From: Camelus dromedarius
Taxonomy: Eukaryota
NCBI RefSeq assembly: GCF_036321535.1
Contig: NC_087437.1
Coordinates: forward strand, 7,316,001-7,380,000
Length of the DNA: 64,000 nt
Reading direction: 5' to 3'
Part shown: one piece after another, positions 1 to 12,107 of the stretch
Position numbering within the stretch: position 1 is the stretch's first letter
Layout of the letters: each line of letters begins with the position of its first letter
Notes under the pieces: model-generated
The model's input: the letters and a program-made list of their open reading frames with translations, nothing else
What the model was told of the DNA's origin: nothing
The model's database searches: none
Position numbers and translations under genes: made by a program

Positions 1-150
1 CTGTGGGGCATTGGTTCCAGGACCCACCCCCCCCATGGATACCAAAAGCTGACGATGATCAAATTCCTTGTATAACATGACATAGTATTTGCATGTAACT
101 ACACAGCCTTTCATGTACTTTAAATCATCTCTAGATCGCTTATAATACCT
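1..150 (+). mobile_element. MER2-like TcMar-Tigger MITE fragment (continues upstream of the window)
   Basis: ttggttccaggaccc...catagtatttgcat...atcatctctagat is shared with the copy at 3951-4264 and resembles the MER2 consensus as recalled. Confidence 0.75.
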
Positions 151-477
151 ATAAATGTACAATTTTTATGTCAAGTTTTCTGTTATTACTGGTTCGCCTG
201 TACCTTTCTCTTTTCTCGTGTTCAAACAGGCCCCAGGATGTTTGCAATGTTCTTCCTGGGTATTTTCTTAAAAAGCTGATATCCATTGAGTAGTTTGGAT
301 TTGGAGGAAGGGGTACTCCTCAGTCTAAAAAAAAATTCCCAGGTTTAGGGGAGTCCAGAGGGGTATGTGGGTCGAGTGAAGCCTGAGGATTGAGAGTTGT
401 GGGGATGTGGGTTTGTGGCATAGGAAGAGGCTGCATCTGAGGCCCAGGGGCTCCAAGCTTCACTAAGATTCTGTATT

Positions 478-601
478 ATTTATTTGGGGAGGCGGTTGTA
501 GTTATTTTTACTTATTTATTTATTTTGATGACAGTGCTGGGGATTGAATGCAGGATCTCATGCATGCTAAGCATGAGCTCTACCACTGAGCTATCCCTCC
601 C
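478..601 (-). mobile_element. tRNA-derived SINE, camelid Vic-1-like
   Basis: Minus strand reads gggagggatagctcagtggtagagctcatgcttagcatgcatgagatcctgcattcaatcccc (A box, degraded B box) with an AAAT-rich tail; TSD attctgtatt at 468-477 and 608-617. Confidence 0.9.
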
Positions 602-744
602 TGCAGCATTCTGTATTCTGAGTCCAGAAGCAGCAGAGACAGGGAATCTGTTAAGACAAATTCTCTCAATTGAAGTCTTAATCATCCTCCCTTCTCTGAG
701 CTAGAATCCCCCGTCTGCTCTCACTGCTGCTTTTTCCGGTGTCC

Positions 745-945
745 TTACTACATGTGGGCTGTCATCTCCTGGAAGGACATCCTGGCTCCACAGGACAGTC
801 ATTGCCTGCTCTCCCAATGCAGCAGGGCTGCTCGGGGCCAGTCCTTCCAGGCAAACTGTGCAAACGCCCCTTCTCTGTGCTCCTGATCTATGTAGCAGGA
901 AGACACTCTGATGAGACTGGATGTCATCCAGAAAACTAGAGCAGA
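745..945 (+). mobile_element. Probable 3' end of an ancient L4 (RTE-X) LINE
   Basis: catgtggg...catctcctggaagg...atcctggctc...ccaggcaaactgt...tctatgtagcag...ctgatgagactggat...aaactag matches the order of blocks I recall for the L4_Mam 3' end; not aligned. Confidence 0.55.
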
Positions 946-1109
946 AGTAGGACTTAGGTCTCCTCTACCCCTAGAGCCATGAAATGATGTGAGGTTCCAT
1001 TGTTCTTCTTTTATTGGGAGATAACTCTGAATTGAGGGGAGCAGGCATGGATGGAGAACCCTCGTTACAAACATTGGCTTCTTTTATATTATGAATCATA
1101 ATTCCCTTC

Positions 1110-1600
1110 TAAAAACTGCACAAAACATAAGTCGATAGATCAGCAAATTCTCACTAGGTGAACACCCAGGTCAGGCTTTCCAGTTGAAAAAATGAAACAT
1201 TGCTAGCTCTCCCAAACCCTCCTCATGGGCTCTCTCAAAAATCATTTCATCATTCCTTTCCAAAGATCATCTTGATTTGTCAGTCATCTTTTTCTTGCTT
1301 TTATCAATGGTTTCACTGCTGAAGTACAAAAATTACTAACCATGAGCTTTGTGTTTTAAATTTTAACATAAAATGAATAACACAGTATAATTTTTTGTCT
1401 GTGTTTTTTTTTCACTTAAAAATTATGTTCGTGAATTATGGGTGTGAAATTTATGCATATTATTGTACATAGCTGCAACTCATTTATTTTCTATTGCTGT
1501 AAAGTATACCATTGTATAAAAGCATCACAATAGACTTAGCTGTTTTATTGTTGAAAGGAATTCAAGTTATTTTCAATTCTTAGAATAAAACTCGTATGAT
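1110..1600 (-). mobile_element. Old L1 (L1M/L1ME-type) 3' UTR fragment
   Basis: Antisense L1 3' blocks: ttttcacttaaaattatgtt...tcatttattttctattgctgtaaagtataccattgtata. Confidence 0.5.
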
Positions 1601-1719
1601 TTTAGTAAGAGCACCCAGGTTCAAAAGTAATACACATAGGTTCTCCCCACTTCCCCGACTCCCACCCCTAATCCTCCTACACTCTCTCAACCATCGACCT
1701 CCATATTAGTGGACTGATC

Positions 1720-2140
1720 CACAGGTGAGCATCGGACATAGCATTAATTACGATGCCCTCAAGACATCTTTCCTAACTGGCCATAATGGACTGATTTAGG
1801 AAGACGCTTGGACTCACGTTTTTCCAAGGAGTCCCTTCCTGGGAATTTTGAATCGGAACAGAAGGAGAGTGTATGTCTCTGAGTTGCTAGAGTATAATCT
1901 GTAAATCTCGGAACTATTGGCAGCCATGACTTCCAAACGGACGAGAGAAATGTTTAAAATATTTGCAGAAGGAAGGAAAGAATGAAAGAGATGTCCAACT
2001 AGAAGGTTGCCAAGAACCCTGATGATCAGATTCCTGTGTCAGTCTGTTCTGAAGCTTTTGTATCCTTATAATAAATTCCCTTCAGCTTAGTAGAGTTTGC
2101 ATTGAGCTTCTGTTACATGCAAATATAAAAGCTTTAACAT
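1720..2140 (+). mobile_element. Degenerate MaLR LTR (MLT1K/L-like)
   Basis: 3' end aataaattcccttc...tagagtttgcattgagcttctgttacatgca is typical of old MLT1 LTRs. Confidence 0.45.
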
Positions 2141-2269
2141 TACAGATATTTATAAGTATTATTATACTTGCAGTTATTTGCAATACTTTTGTATTTGAGG
2201 ATATAAGTATCTGGTAAGTGATGCTAATGTGTTGGATGAAATTAGGTAAAAGAACCTCTCCGTCACTTA

Positions 2270-2565
2270 GATTATTCCTTAGTAACTTATGGGAGTTTGG
2301 ACAGTAAGAGCTCTAAGATTTCAATTCACTTCATGTCAAATACGGAATTATTCCATCTAAGCGCCAGGAGACAAATTTATTTGCACTTGACTTCTCAGAG
2401 GATGCAGTGAGGATCCTGGTAAAATTTATTCTAAAAAAATTTAAGATCAAAATATTTCAGAACTCCTCTGCTTCTTAGTAATTGCTGCGTTCTCCATTAG
2501 AATATTTCCTGGTGCATAGCAGGCACTCAGTAATTATTTTTCGAATGAAAGAATAAATGAATGAC
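2270..2565 (+). mobile_element. MIR fragment followed by an L2 3' terminus
   Basis: cctggtgcatagcaggcactcagtaattatttttcgaatgaaagaataaatgaatga is the L2 3' end signature. Confidence 0.45.
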
Positions 2566-3950
2566 TGGCCACGTGAGGTATTTTACATCCCAAGATCTAG
2601 AACATTAAGCACATGTTCTAATGATCTCAGTTCTCATTTGACCCTTAGCATAAATCACTAGTCTTTACAAAAGTCAAATGCAGTCTTTCAAGCATGTGGT
2701 CTTCTGCGTCTGGGTGATTCAGAACCGAAGGGGTTAAGGAAGAGTCAGATGCTTCCATAGGATTTCTGTGAAGCACAAAAAGTACAGTGCCAACAAAATC
2801 CCCTGAAGAGTAAACAAAACTTGGAACTGTTGCAAACAATAAATTGTCAATACCTTATAGAAGCAAAGGATAATGAAAACTTATCATGCCTAGAGTTAGT
2901 ATCCTCTTTAAAAGAATTTACAGAGTCTATGAAATTAAATTCTGTGCACAGTTCTCTTAATTTGTCCTTAATTAAACAATACTCCATAAATGGTGCATTC
3001 AGTGACCAAATGTTCAGAGACAGCAAAATGGTGGGTCCCAAGCCATTAGGAATGAAATAAAGGCAATCCCTGGAGAGTCTGCAAGAATCTGGTCTCTCTA
3101 AGTGACAACTGATGGTTTAGGAAAGATAATTAACTTTGCAATTACAAACTGCAGCTTTCACCAATGCTGTTTTTTTCCCCAGTATAATCTTTTAAATGTT
3201 GGATTATTTCCTATAACGTGAAATAGGTTGCTTGGAAAGGGGAAAAGCAAGCAAATACCCTACCTTGGGCTGCTGAGTTCATCAGAATGAAATCCTCATT
3301 GATTAATTTAATGGGTATTTTTTTATTTCTAATGTTAGATCAATATCCATTTAATGTGCATTGCTATGCAGATTCTCAACACTAAAATTTCAGCAGCAAA
3401 TTTATACAAATAACAAACATATTTAGATTTTACACAAAAACAGAAGAGATAGATCTTTTATTTTATATTAGAAAGTAAACACAAAATTACTGTTCAATAA
3501 ACTAAGAGCTAAAACTTTGAAAGAACCTTTATTCTGCTACGGATTTAGGAACTTCATACCATTTTTTTTTCCTGCTTAAGTGATTCTCTGAAAACCTCAT
3601 TACTTTATTTATTATGGATTTTAAATTACCTTAGTACTGGAATAATCCAGTTTTCCTCCTCCTCCCCCAAAGAATTCAGTCTAACCTAACTCTTAATTGG
3701 CCAACTCTTCTTAAAGTCAACTGACACTATACATTAGGCAAAGGTTAGTGGCAAATAAATAGTGCTTTTTTTCTGACTGTGGGAAGAACAACTTTATTGT
3801 GTCTATGCAGACAAAAAATGTGAATAGTAAAAATACTCTGGACTAATTTTAGACCAAAAATATCCATCTTCTCCATAATATTGTTGAATTTATTGGATGA
3901 CAATGTCCCTCTCTGCTTTGCTCCATTTTCTGATTATTTCTGTTTCTAAA

Positions 3951-4264
3951 CATGGTCATCCCTTGGTATGTAAGGGAGATTGGTTCCAGGACCCCGTCAG
4001 ATAACAAAATTCTCCCAGGCTCAAGTCCTTTATAGGAAATGGCATAGTATTTGCATATAACCTATCATACCATTTCGTATACCTGACGTCATCTCCAGAT
4101 TACCTACATATCTAACACAATGTAAACGCTATGCAAATAGTTGCTGATGTGGCAGATTTAAGTTTCGCTTTTGGAACTGTCTGGAATTTTTTCGCCCAAT
4201 ATTTTTCACTCTTCAGTTGGTTGAATCCACAGACACAGAACCTGCAGATACAGAGGGCTGACTG
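3951..4264 (+). mobile_element. Near full-length MER2-like TcMar-Tigger MITE
   Basis: Degenerate terminal inverted repeats gtcatcccttggtat ... atacagagggctgactg; internal sequence is similar to the copy at 1-150. Confidence 0.8.
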
Positions 4265-6444
4265 TTAGATGCGCCTTTGTGTGCATTCGAATGAGTCCTC
4301 CATTTACAGCGAACACACCAGGCAATAGTCACTGCCAGTTGACTCATTGTGTAAATGCCACAGTGCTTTTTGTCTACACTACAAGATAAAATGAAGAGTT
4401 AGGGGACTTCTAAAAGACACACTGATTTCGACTTAGTGCTTTAAAATTTTTCAGACCATGTCTCATGTCATCAGGCTTCTACATAACGTCCTTAGGTTTT
4501 TAATCATAGATTCTCATGTTGTTGAATCACCTTTGTATGTTCTCTGATATTGGGCAGAATTATTCTTCCAACCTCTCTCCCTCCCTTCCTTCCTTTCTCT
4601 CTCCTTTCATTCACTTGTTAAATGTTTATTGAACTCGTGTTACGTACCAATGCTACATACTAGCACTGAGCTGGAATCTCAGGTGCACAACACACTCGAG
4701 GAAGTCGCCGTCAGTGGAAGTTGAAGTTCTTCGCTTGTAGACCACATGCATATACAGCCACAGAGGTCTTCACTAAATATAGAGCCATGAGCTGCTTCTC
4801 TTCCCAGAGGTCTAGCTTCTATCCTGCCACAGAAAACCCAGACGACTTTCCATAGCCAAGTCCATTTCCCTGTCCGCTTAGCAAAATTTCCATCTCTCCC
4901 TAAAGGAAAGAGCAACAAATACAAATTTTTCATCCAGCCAATTGACAATGGCCTGTTTTCCCTGTAAGACTGTGTCTGTTTCTGCCCAATCAGCCTCCAA
5001 ATTTTAAGGATGCTCCCTTCCCCATGTTTTTAACCTCCATCCCTACCATTCACACCTTTAAGGTAATCAGGCTTTAATCACATACATTGAACTGTGGTCC
5101 TGATGGCATCTGCACATGTCCCACTTGCCTTAACTCCGACTTCTCACTCCTCCTTGTCTGATTTCCTTGACCAACTTTTAACTTTACATCACACTTCATA
5201 TTCCACTTGGGTCTTTTCTTCCAGCCCTCTTACTCGCCCACCTGGTTTGCATTCACTCTCCCAGCTCTGACTTTCTCAAAAGTTTTCTCAGATGTCAAGA
5301 ACTAACCAGGCTGCAGCCCCACCCTGCCTCTGGGTCTGATGGGATTTCTCAGCTGGCCTGGACCCCATCATCACCAGTGAGGAAGGGGGAGAAAAGAGCA
5401 CGTTAAACTGCTAACTCCTCACTCAAAGCTTCGTTGCCTCCTTTTTGGACAAGTCTAGACATTTCATAACTGGTTTCTCTGTACTCAGTCACCAACACTC
5501 AAGTTTACCATCTGCCACTTTGGGATGAGTATGTCTGTGAGCCTATTCTGGTTATATCATTCTCCAACTCTAAACCATGCCAAAAACCTCATGCTTTGCT
5601 GACTCCCCAGCACTCCATCACTCATGGTAGGGAACATATGATATTCATTCTTTTATTTCTTTTACAGGTACCGCAGGAAGTTGGTAGAGTACTTCCCAAA
5701 ATTCATCCATTTGATGCTGGATGTCTGCTGGATGGATATCAAGGTGCATTTTGCACAATTTTCCATCAGTAAACATGAGAACCACCAGACTAACAAAACT
5801 TAAGTATGTTACTTTACTGCAGGACCTCCCTGAGACTTAAATAAGGTGATGTAATTGTTGTATTTCAAGAGGAAGATAAAGGATCCAATTCTTAACCAGG
5901 AACATCTCTTTTTTCCCCTAGAGCATCTTGACTAACCAGGGCCAGTGCTCTGTGAAGCACACAGTTAGTGAAATATTGTTCGACAAAACAAAGTTTTAAT
6001 ATTTAGAGTAATTAAAAGGCTTCCATGATTAGGTCCTTCATTCTCCTCCCATTCTATTCTATTTACCGTCTACCAATTTCCTATTACTAATGTTGCATCG
6101 AAGACTAAAAAGACCATTTATTATTGAAATATACCCTATGCTTTTCTAAACATTTACATTTGTTCTCTTCTTGCCATCCATCCAAACTTCTCCATTAATT
6201 TGATTCATAATTGAAGACCCCCAAGAAATGTCTTCTTATCCATAAAGCCTTGGCTTATTGTTCAACTAAACATGACTTCCCTGAGTTCTCAAATTCGACA
6301 AGGACCACATTATGACTTAGATCTCAATTTGTTAGATATTGTGGTTAATGGTGGACACATTGTCACCGCCAGTTTACCAGTTCTTAAAAGGTACTATTGT
6401 ATATTGCGTCCTCACCACGAACTAGCCAAGGGACTCTTGTAAGC

Positions 6445-6760
6445 ATTTTATTCATTTACTCATTCATCCATGCACACCCCTCCTTTCTTCGATCCAGCCA
6501 TCCATCATACTTAGTGAGTACCAGAGCATGCTCTGCGGCCAAGCCTTGGGAATATCACAGTAAAAAGGTAGACAAAGCACGTTCTCTTATAGAATTTGTA
6601 TCCTAGTGGAGAAACACAGATCATAAATATGTGAAAAAGGAATAAGTAAGACGATTTAGAGGGTGACAGGTGATAAGTAGAAAATAAAACAGAATAACAG
6701 AACAGAGAATAACAACTAGGAATGAGATGATTGCACTAAGTTAGAGTGGTCAAGATGATT
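6445..6760 (-). mobile_element. L2 LINE 3' fragment
   Basis: ttcatttactcattcatcc...cttagtgagtacc...ctcttatagaatttgtatcctagtggagaaacacaga (antisense L2 3' end). Confidence 0.6.
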
Positions 6761-6769
6761 TGTATATGC

Positions 6770-6910
6770 CAGTTCACTTCATCCTCAGAATAATACTCTG
6801 AGCTATGTCTTGCTATTATCAGTTTACAGATGAGAAAATTGAAGTTAAGTGAAGTTCCATAGGTTGACCGAGGTCATTTAGATCCCAAGTATTAGAACAG
6901 GTTAATGTAT
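6770..6910 (-). mobile_element. MIR SINE fragment
   Basis: MIR core: gctattatcagtttacagatgagaaaattgaagttaagtgaagtt...gaggtca. Confidence 0.55.
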
Positions 6911-6973
6911 ATGATCAGGTTGTGCGTTGCAAAACTCTAAAGAGTCCCATTCATGTCACAGTCCTGTGAGTGG

Positions 6974-7593
6974 TGTCTCTGTCAGCCAGGGTTTGATAGA
7001 GAGACAGAACCACCAAAAGTGATGTGGAATCAGGGCTATGGTAGAGACTGGACCATTCATAATTGTGAGAGTTGACAAAGAGTCTATGGAAAGTCATTGT
7101 CTTTTTATCTGGTGTAGGATGGAAGTCACTGTAGGTGACCAGGGCTAGTAGTCCGAAGAAAATGCAGTATACGGTGAGGGAAAAACTGGAAGCCCAAGGA
7201 AAAAATGGGTCCCACAAGGGCAAACTGGATCCCGTGAGGATAAATTGGAATGTGCATCTGTGTCTCCTGGCCTCCAGTCTCATGTGCAGAAGACGCTGGT
7301 GACTTTTACCACGTGGCTACAGATGCACCTGGGCCAGGTCTTGGAGAAGCCGAAGGAGGAGACTGTAGATACTGGGGGACTGTGGCCTGGCTGCTGCCAA
7401 AGCCCTTCAGGTGAGCCCTGAGATCAGTGACAACGTGCACAGGCTGTAACAATGCATGCTGCCCTACAGCGAAGTTAGGGTGTAATGACTGCTGCTTCCA
7501 CATCTTGCACAAATTTCTCTCGTGACCAAGCCTTGCCAGAATCATACAGGGAACAGAATTCCTGGAAATTTAGCAGTTTAGCTAAATGACACA
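6974..7593 (-). mobile_element. ERVL-class solo LTR (LTR33/LTR41-group-like)
   Basis: TG...CA termini flanked by the direct repeat gtgg (6970-6973, 7594-7597); end block catacagggaacagaattcctggaaatttagcagtttagctaaatgacaca is typical of this group. Confidence 0.65.
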
Positions 7594-9099
7594 GTGGCCC
7601 TGGATTGTACCAATGCAAACCCTGCTTAGCCACACATAGCATCCCTTGTAGCAGAGATTAGCTTTCACCCAGACTCTGAGACTCCAAAAAATTGCATGCT
7701 TTGAACAAGGTAGTACTACCTTCTTCATATGAGGCCTAGTCTGTCTCATATGCATGTATCTCACAATACCTACCGCAGAAAGTAAGTGCTTACTAAATAT
7801 TTAGTGAATAAATAATTCACACGGCTTTGTGTAAGCCTGACCTGAAATTGACTAGAGAATAAAGCTCTTGCATTCTCTCAATTGCCTAGACTGTAGCCAA
7901 GCGCACAGGCCCGAAAACAAAGAATCACTTTTGAGCAGAGAGAAGCAGAATGATCTCTTTGTCATTGGAAGTCTTTGCTTTTAGGTGCATGGGGAAGAAA
8001 TACACCTTTGGCTGAGTGTTGGAGATTCAAAACGGAAGAGAAGGGAAGACGGGGTAGAGCTTCCATACAGCCTGATCGTGACAAAGGATTTCAGAAGGAA
8101 CGTGGTTTATCAGGCACGTGAGTCGGGTGGGGGCAGAGGGAGCCTCAAAGAAGGATTCCAGGATCCCAAACCTGAAACATGAAACAGAGAGCTTCCAGGA
8201 CAGTGGGGGCCTTGGCATAACTCTGTGAACAAATGACCCACATCTAGTCTCATAGCATCCTCTCCAAACACCTTGTCACAGTGTAAAACTCCAGAAGTGG
8301 AACACGGGCAATGGCTAAGGTCAAATTTGCCTCTAAACCTATGTAATGGGTTGATTTATGGAAAAGAGAGTGGTGTTTCCTGCACAACTAAGGGCACAGA
8401 GTAAAGTTAATACTTCCTAAGACTGCATCTTTTTTTTCTTCACTATGATATTATCTTCTCAATTACTTTATTTTGATAAACAATGTGTCATAAAGGGAAG
8501 ACTTATTATCTTGAAATAACTCAAACATGGCTAGCTTGGCTGTTTTTAGAGGTCAGTTGCCAGAGATAGCGGGGAAAAGGGAGGAGGAGGCAGATTGAAT
8601 CAAATTTCAGATTTAGTGACTCTAATTGAGCATGTGAAGTCTAAACTGGAAAGATAGGATGTCATTGTTACTGGTGGTGCCTCTGCTGTGGGTCTAACTT
8701 GGTAGCTCACTCCTCTTAGCCTAGGAGAGTCAGGCAAGTATAGAGCACTATATACACAGAATGTAGCAAAGTATGGTGTTCTAGATAAGTAGAATTAAGT
8801 CCAGAAAGATAGAGGAGGGAGTGATTAAAGCTGTAGATTGGGGGATATATCAGTCAAGCTCACAACACAAAATAAATGGGACATTTAAAATAAAATAATT
8901 CTGGGAGAAATTATTTTTAATGAAAATGTGGATGTAAAGAAATACAGGGCAAAGAGCCCTAACCCAGAACATAGAAGAAGCTGAGCTATTGTCATCAAGG
9001 GTCCAAAGGACAGAAAAAGTTACCAGAGGAAGAAAATTCATGTAGAGTCAGAGGCCTGGGGAGGAAGAGTGGTCTTCATCTGAGACAAAGCCAGACATG

Positions 9100-9310
9100 A
9101 GATGATAAGAAGGATCTGGGGAAATCCAGCCCCTGATCTCACCCTTGGCCCCCTTTCCATCTTCTCCAAGAGGTCCACACAGGCTGGACCCAACCTGAAG
9201 TCACAGGACTTGAGCGCTCAGTTGATATAGTCCATGAACTCAACTTTCCAGGCAGAGGGTAATGGGGACAAAGATGGGGATGGACCTGGAGCAGCAGTCA
9301 GAGGGAAGTC
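9100..9310 (-). mobile_element. Old ERVL/MaLR LTR fragment
   Basis: ggctggacccaacctgaagtcacagg...gttgatatagtccat...ggatggacctggag resembles old ERVL-class LTRs. Confidence 0.4.
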
Positions 9311-9574
9311 GGGCTAGAAATGGTGTCTCCAAGAAGATGATATCTCAACAACAATTTGAGGGACCTGTACGTGTTTGCTAGGGACATAACAGAAGGGATT
9401 AACTTAGATTTACTTTCCATGTTGGTTTTGTGTTGAGAAAGTGATAAATTCTGACATCTTCCTGGGCACATTTCCACCTATTAGAATAGGAAGGATGTCA
9501 GGCATATGCCAGGACCTTTTCACCAGAGGACATTGGCTTTCTTAAGAAAGTCCCTATATTAATACTGTGTCACC

Positions 9575-10027
9575 TGTTTATGGATTGGCCAGTGTCCCCC
9601 ACAAAAGATGTTGAAGTCCTAACCCTCAGGTGCCTATGACTGTGATCTTACCTGCAAATAAGGTCTTTGCAGATGATCAAGTTAAGCTGAGGTCATTAGG
9701 GCAGGTCCGAATCCAGTATAAGTGTGTCCTTATAAAAAGAGGAAATTTGGACAGAGGCAGAGAAGCACACTGGGAGAGCACCATGTGAAGATGAGGGCAG
9801 AGGTCAGGGTGATGCATCCATAAGGAGTACTGAAGATTACCAGCAAACCACCAGGAGCTAGGGGACAGACATGGACGACATGCTGTGTCACAGCCTCAGT
9901 GGCAACCAGCCCTGCTGACTTCTTGATCCTGGACTCCTGGTCTCCAGAACTGCGAGCAATAAATCCCCATTGGTTAAGCCACCAATTTTGTGGTATCTCA
10001 TTACAGCAACCCTAGAAAACTAATATA
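9575..10027 (+). mobile_element. MaLR solo LTR, MLT1B/MLT1C-like
   Basis: gtcccccacaaaagatgttgaagtcctaacc...ggtctttgcagatg...gtccttataaaaagagg...gcaaaccaccagg...ctccagaactgcgagcaataaa...taagccacc...cagcaaccctagaaaactaata. Confidence 0.85.
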
Positions 10028-10167
10028 CTTGTGACCAGTATAGTGTCTATAATTATTTCCCTCTGCTACAAAACACATAAGCCAGTGATCAATGCCCTCT
10101 CCTGTTTACACCAAACTTAATATAAATGATCAAGTCATATATGGTTTTTAATAAGATTATGCTCCCA

Positions 10168-10345
10168 GCAAAGGGCAATTTACCATGAACCCAATGAAAC
10201 TTGAGCTTTAAGATCCCTCAATTACACTGACCACCTTCTAAGATCCAGTACCTAATTTTATATTCTTAATTTGAATTCTTTTTCTTAAAGAGAGTACCCC
10301 AGATTATATACGCTGTGGATCCCAGAAAACCTGGATTCTGTCCTT
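10168..10345 (+). mobile_element. hAT-type MITE (Tip100/MER96-group-like)
   Basis: ggcaatttaccatgaa...tacctaattttatattc...ttcttaaagagag...aaaacctggattctgtcct matches a recalled ~180-bp hAT MITE; subfamily uncertain. Confidence 0.55.
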
Positions 10346-11590
10346 ATCCCAGCTTTGCTGTTATAACTGCCAAGCTCAGCTATTCAACAGAGCTGGATAT
10401 GATATCTTTATGTCCTGATTCACTCCTAACATGCCTTCAAATTCAGTGTCCTTATAAACAACAGCCATTAAAAATAAACTCGAAGGAAGGAATAACAAAC
10501 AAAAAGAACAAACAACTTTGAGAGTCCTTGAGCAGAGAGTGTTCTAGGCCCAGTGGGACTTGAAAATGAGGACAAGAAGCCTTCTCTAACCTGCACCAAA
10601 TGGTAACATTTACATATTTTAAAATTTATTTATTTTCTGCACGAGGGTTCCTGTTTCAGGTGAATTACCTCAGGGAGAAAGCCCATTTCTAATGCTCCTA
10701 GTCTCCTACCACTTTTGTTCCAGGTTGTGAAACCTCAATTGCTTGGGAGAGAAGATGGAACAAAATTAAAATTATGTTCATTAGCATATCCAAGTGGAAG
10801 CATCCCGCCTTACTGTATGTACTCATTAGGAGTAAGTGTCAGCAGATTCCAGAATTTGCCTCATTAATTAGATATTAGAGTCATAGACATCCTCCATTCT
10901 CCTGGGCAGGATGGGAGGAGCCTGGGTGTCAGGACCAGACCTGGCCGTGACTCTAGGGGCTTTCTGTACCTGTAATTTATATATCCCCTCTACAGCAAGA
11001 GCCCTACTCCCGTCTGTCATTAAAATAACCATCTTCAGGCATCACAAGTATGTACTCAACTTAAATCCTATTTTAGAAGAAGAGCAGACATCTCTCGAAG
11101 GAGTTAGACAAGGGAGCTGAGGTACTGCTGAGATTATCTCAGAAAACGAAAACCCATTTGGTGTTTTGTTTGTTTATTTTGTTTTGCCCTGGACTGCAAT
11201 GTGCTGGCACTTTTCCAGACCACGGTGACTAATGGAAAGTCGTAGAGTTCGTGTACACCTTCTGATACTGTGCTCTGCAAACTTTGTGCATAACTTCAGC
11301 CCAGTGTCATGGTGGGTCACTCATTCCTTCACGCTGCCATAGGAGGGCGCTCTACTTGAGAGGCACTCTAGGCTCCACTCCACTGTCATTCATCCCTACC
11401 CCAGGGAAGGAGAGCTCTTCTGATCGGTGAACTTGGGAGAAAGAATTGGAAGTTCATGGAGCAATGCCTTCCTTCCTCCTCTCTTTTGAATCCTTGTCTG
11501 TAGAAGGTACTCGTTCTGTCTGCTCTCTGCCGTGCAATGCCCCTGGGTCGGAGAGGTCTGATGTTATCTGAATGTACCGATGAATGGTTG

Positions 11591-12107
11591 TGTAACTGTC
11601 CCCCTAAACAGGCTACTGACAATTCCTCCTCTTCCTGTACGTGCCCACCTATTCTCTCCTCAAGAGGAGGAACTCATTTCCTCACCCCTTAAATCCAGGC
11701 TGGCCGTCTGACTTAATGACACCAACAGAACACAGAGGAAGTGATGTTTCCTGAGTTCTAGGCTTTGTCCTTGAAAGGCCTGGCAGCTTCCATTTTCCCT
11801 CTTCTTGGAATCATGCTATGGAATTTCAGGTTGTCCTGCTGGGGGGAGAGAGGATGTGGAGAGAAATGTGGAGAAGAACCAAAGGACCACTGCCACCTCT
11901 CAGCACAGAAGACTCCAGACATGACAGGGCTCTCTTAGACCATCAAGTCCAACACTCTTGCCACTTGAATGCAGCCATAAGGGTGATCCCAGGTGATACC
12001 ACCTGGATCAGCAGCACAGTCCAGTCAACCTGCAGAATCACTGGAAGTAATAAAACGTTGTTTCAACACATTATGTTTTGGGGGTTGTCACATAGCCATA
12101 GAAAACT
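11591..12107 (+). mobile_element. MaLR solo LTR, MLT1H-like
   Basis: cctcaccccttaaatccaggctggcc...ccaacagaa...ggaagtgatg...cctggcagcttcc...gaatgcagcca...cagaatcactggaagtaataaaa...ttttgggggttgt. Confidence 0.75.

Noticed and set aside
980..1032. C/D box snoRNA (atgatgt ... ctga)
   Set aside because: Imperfect C box, under 50 nt between the boxes, and no terminal stem.
2645..3060. Overlapping ORFs as a pseudogene
   Set aside because: No recognisable protein similarity, poly(A) tail or TSD.
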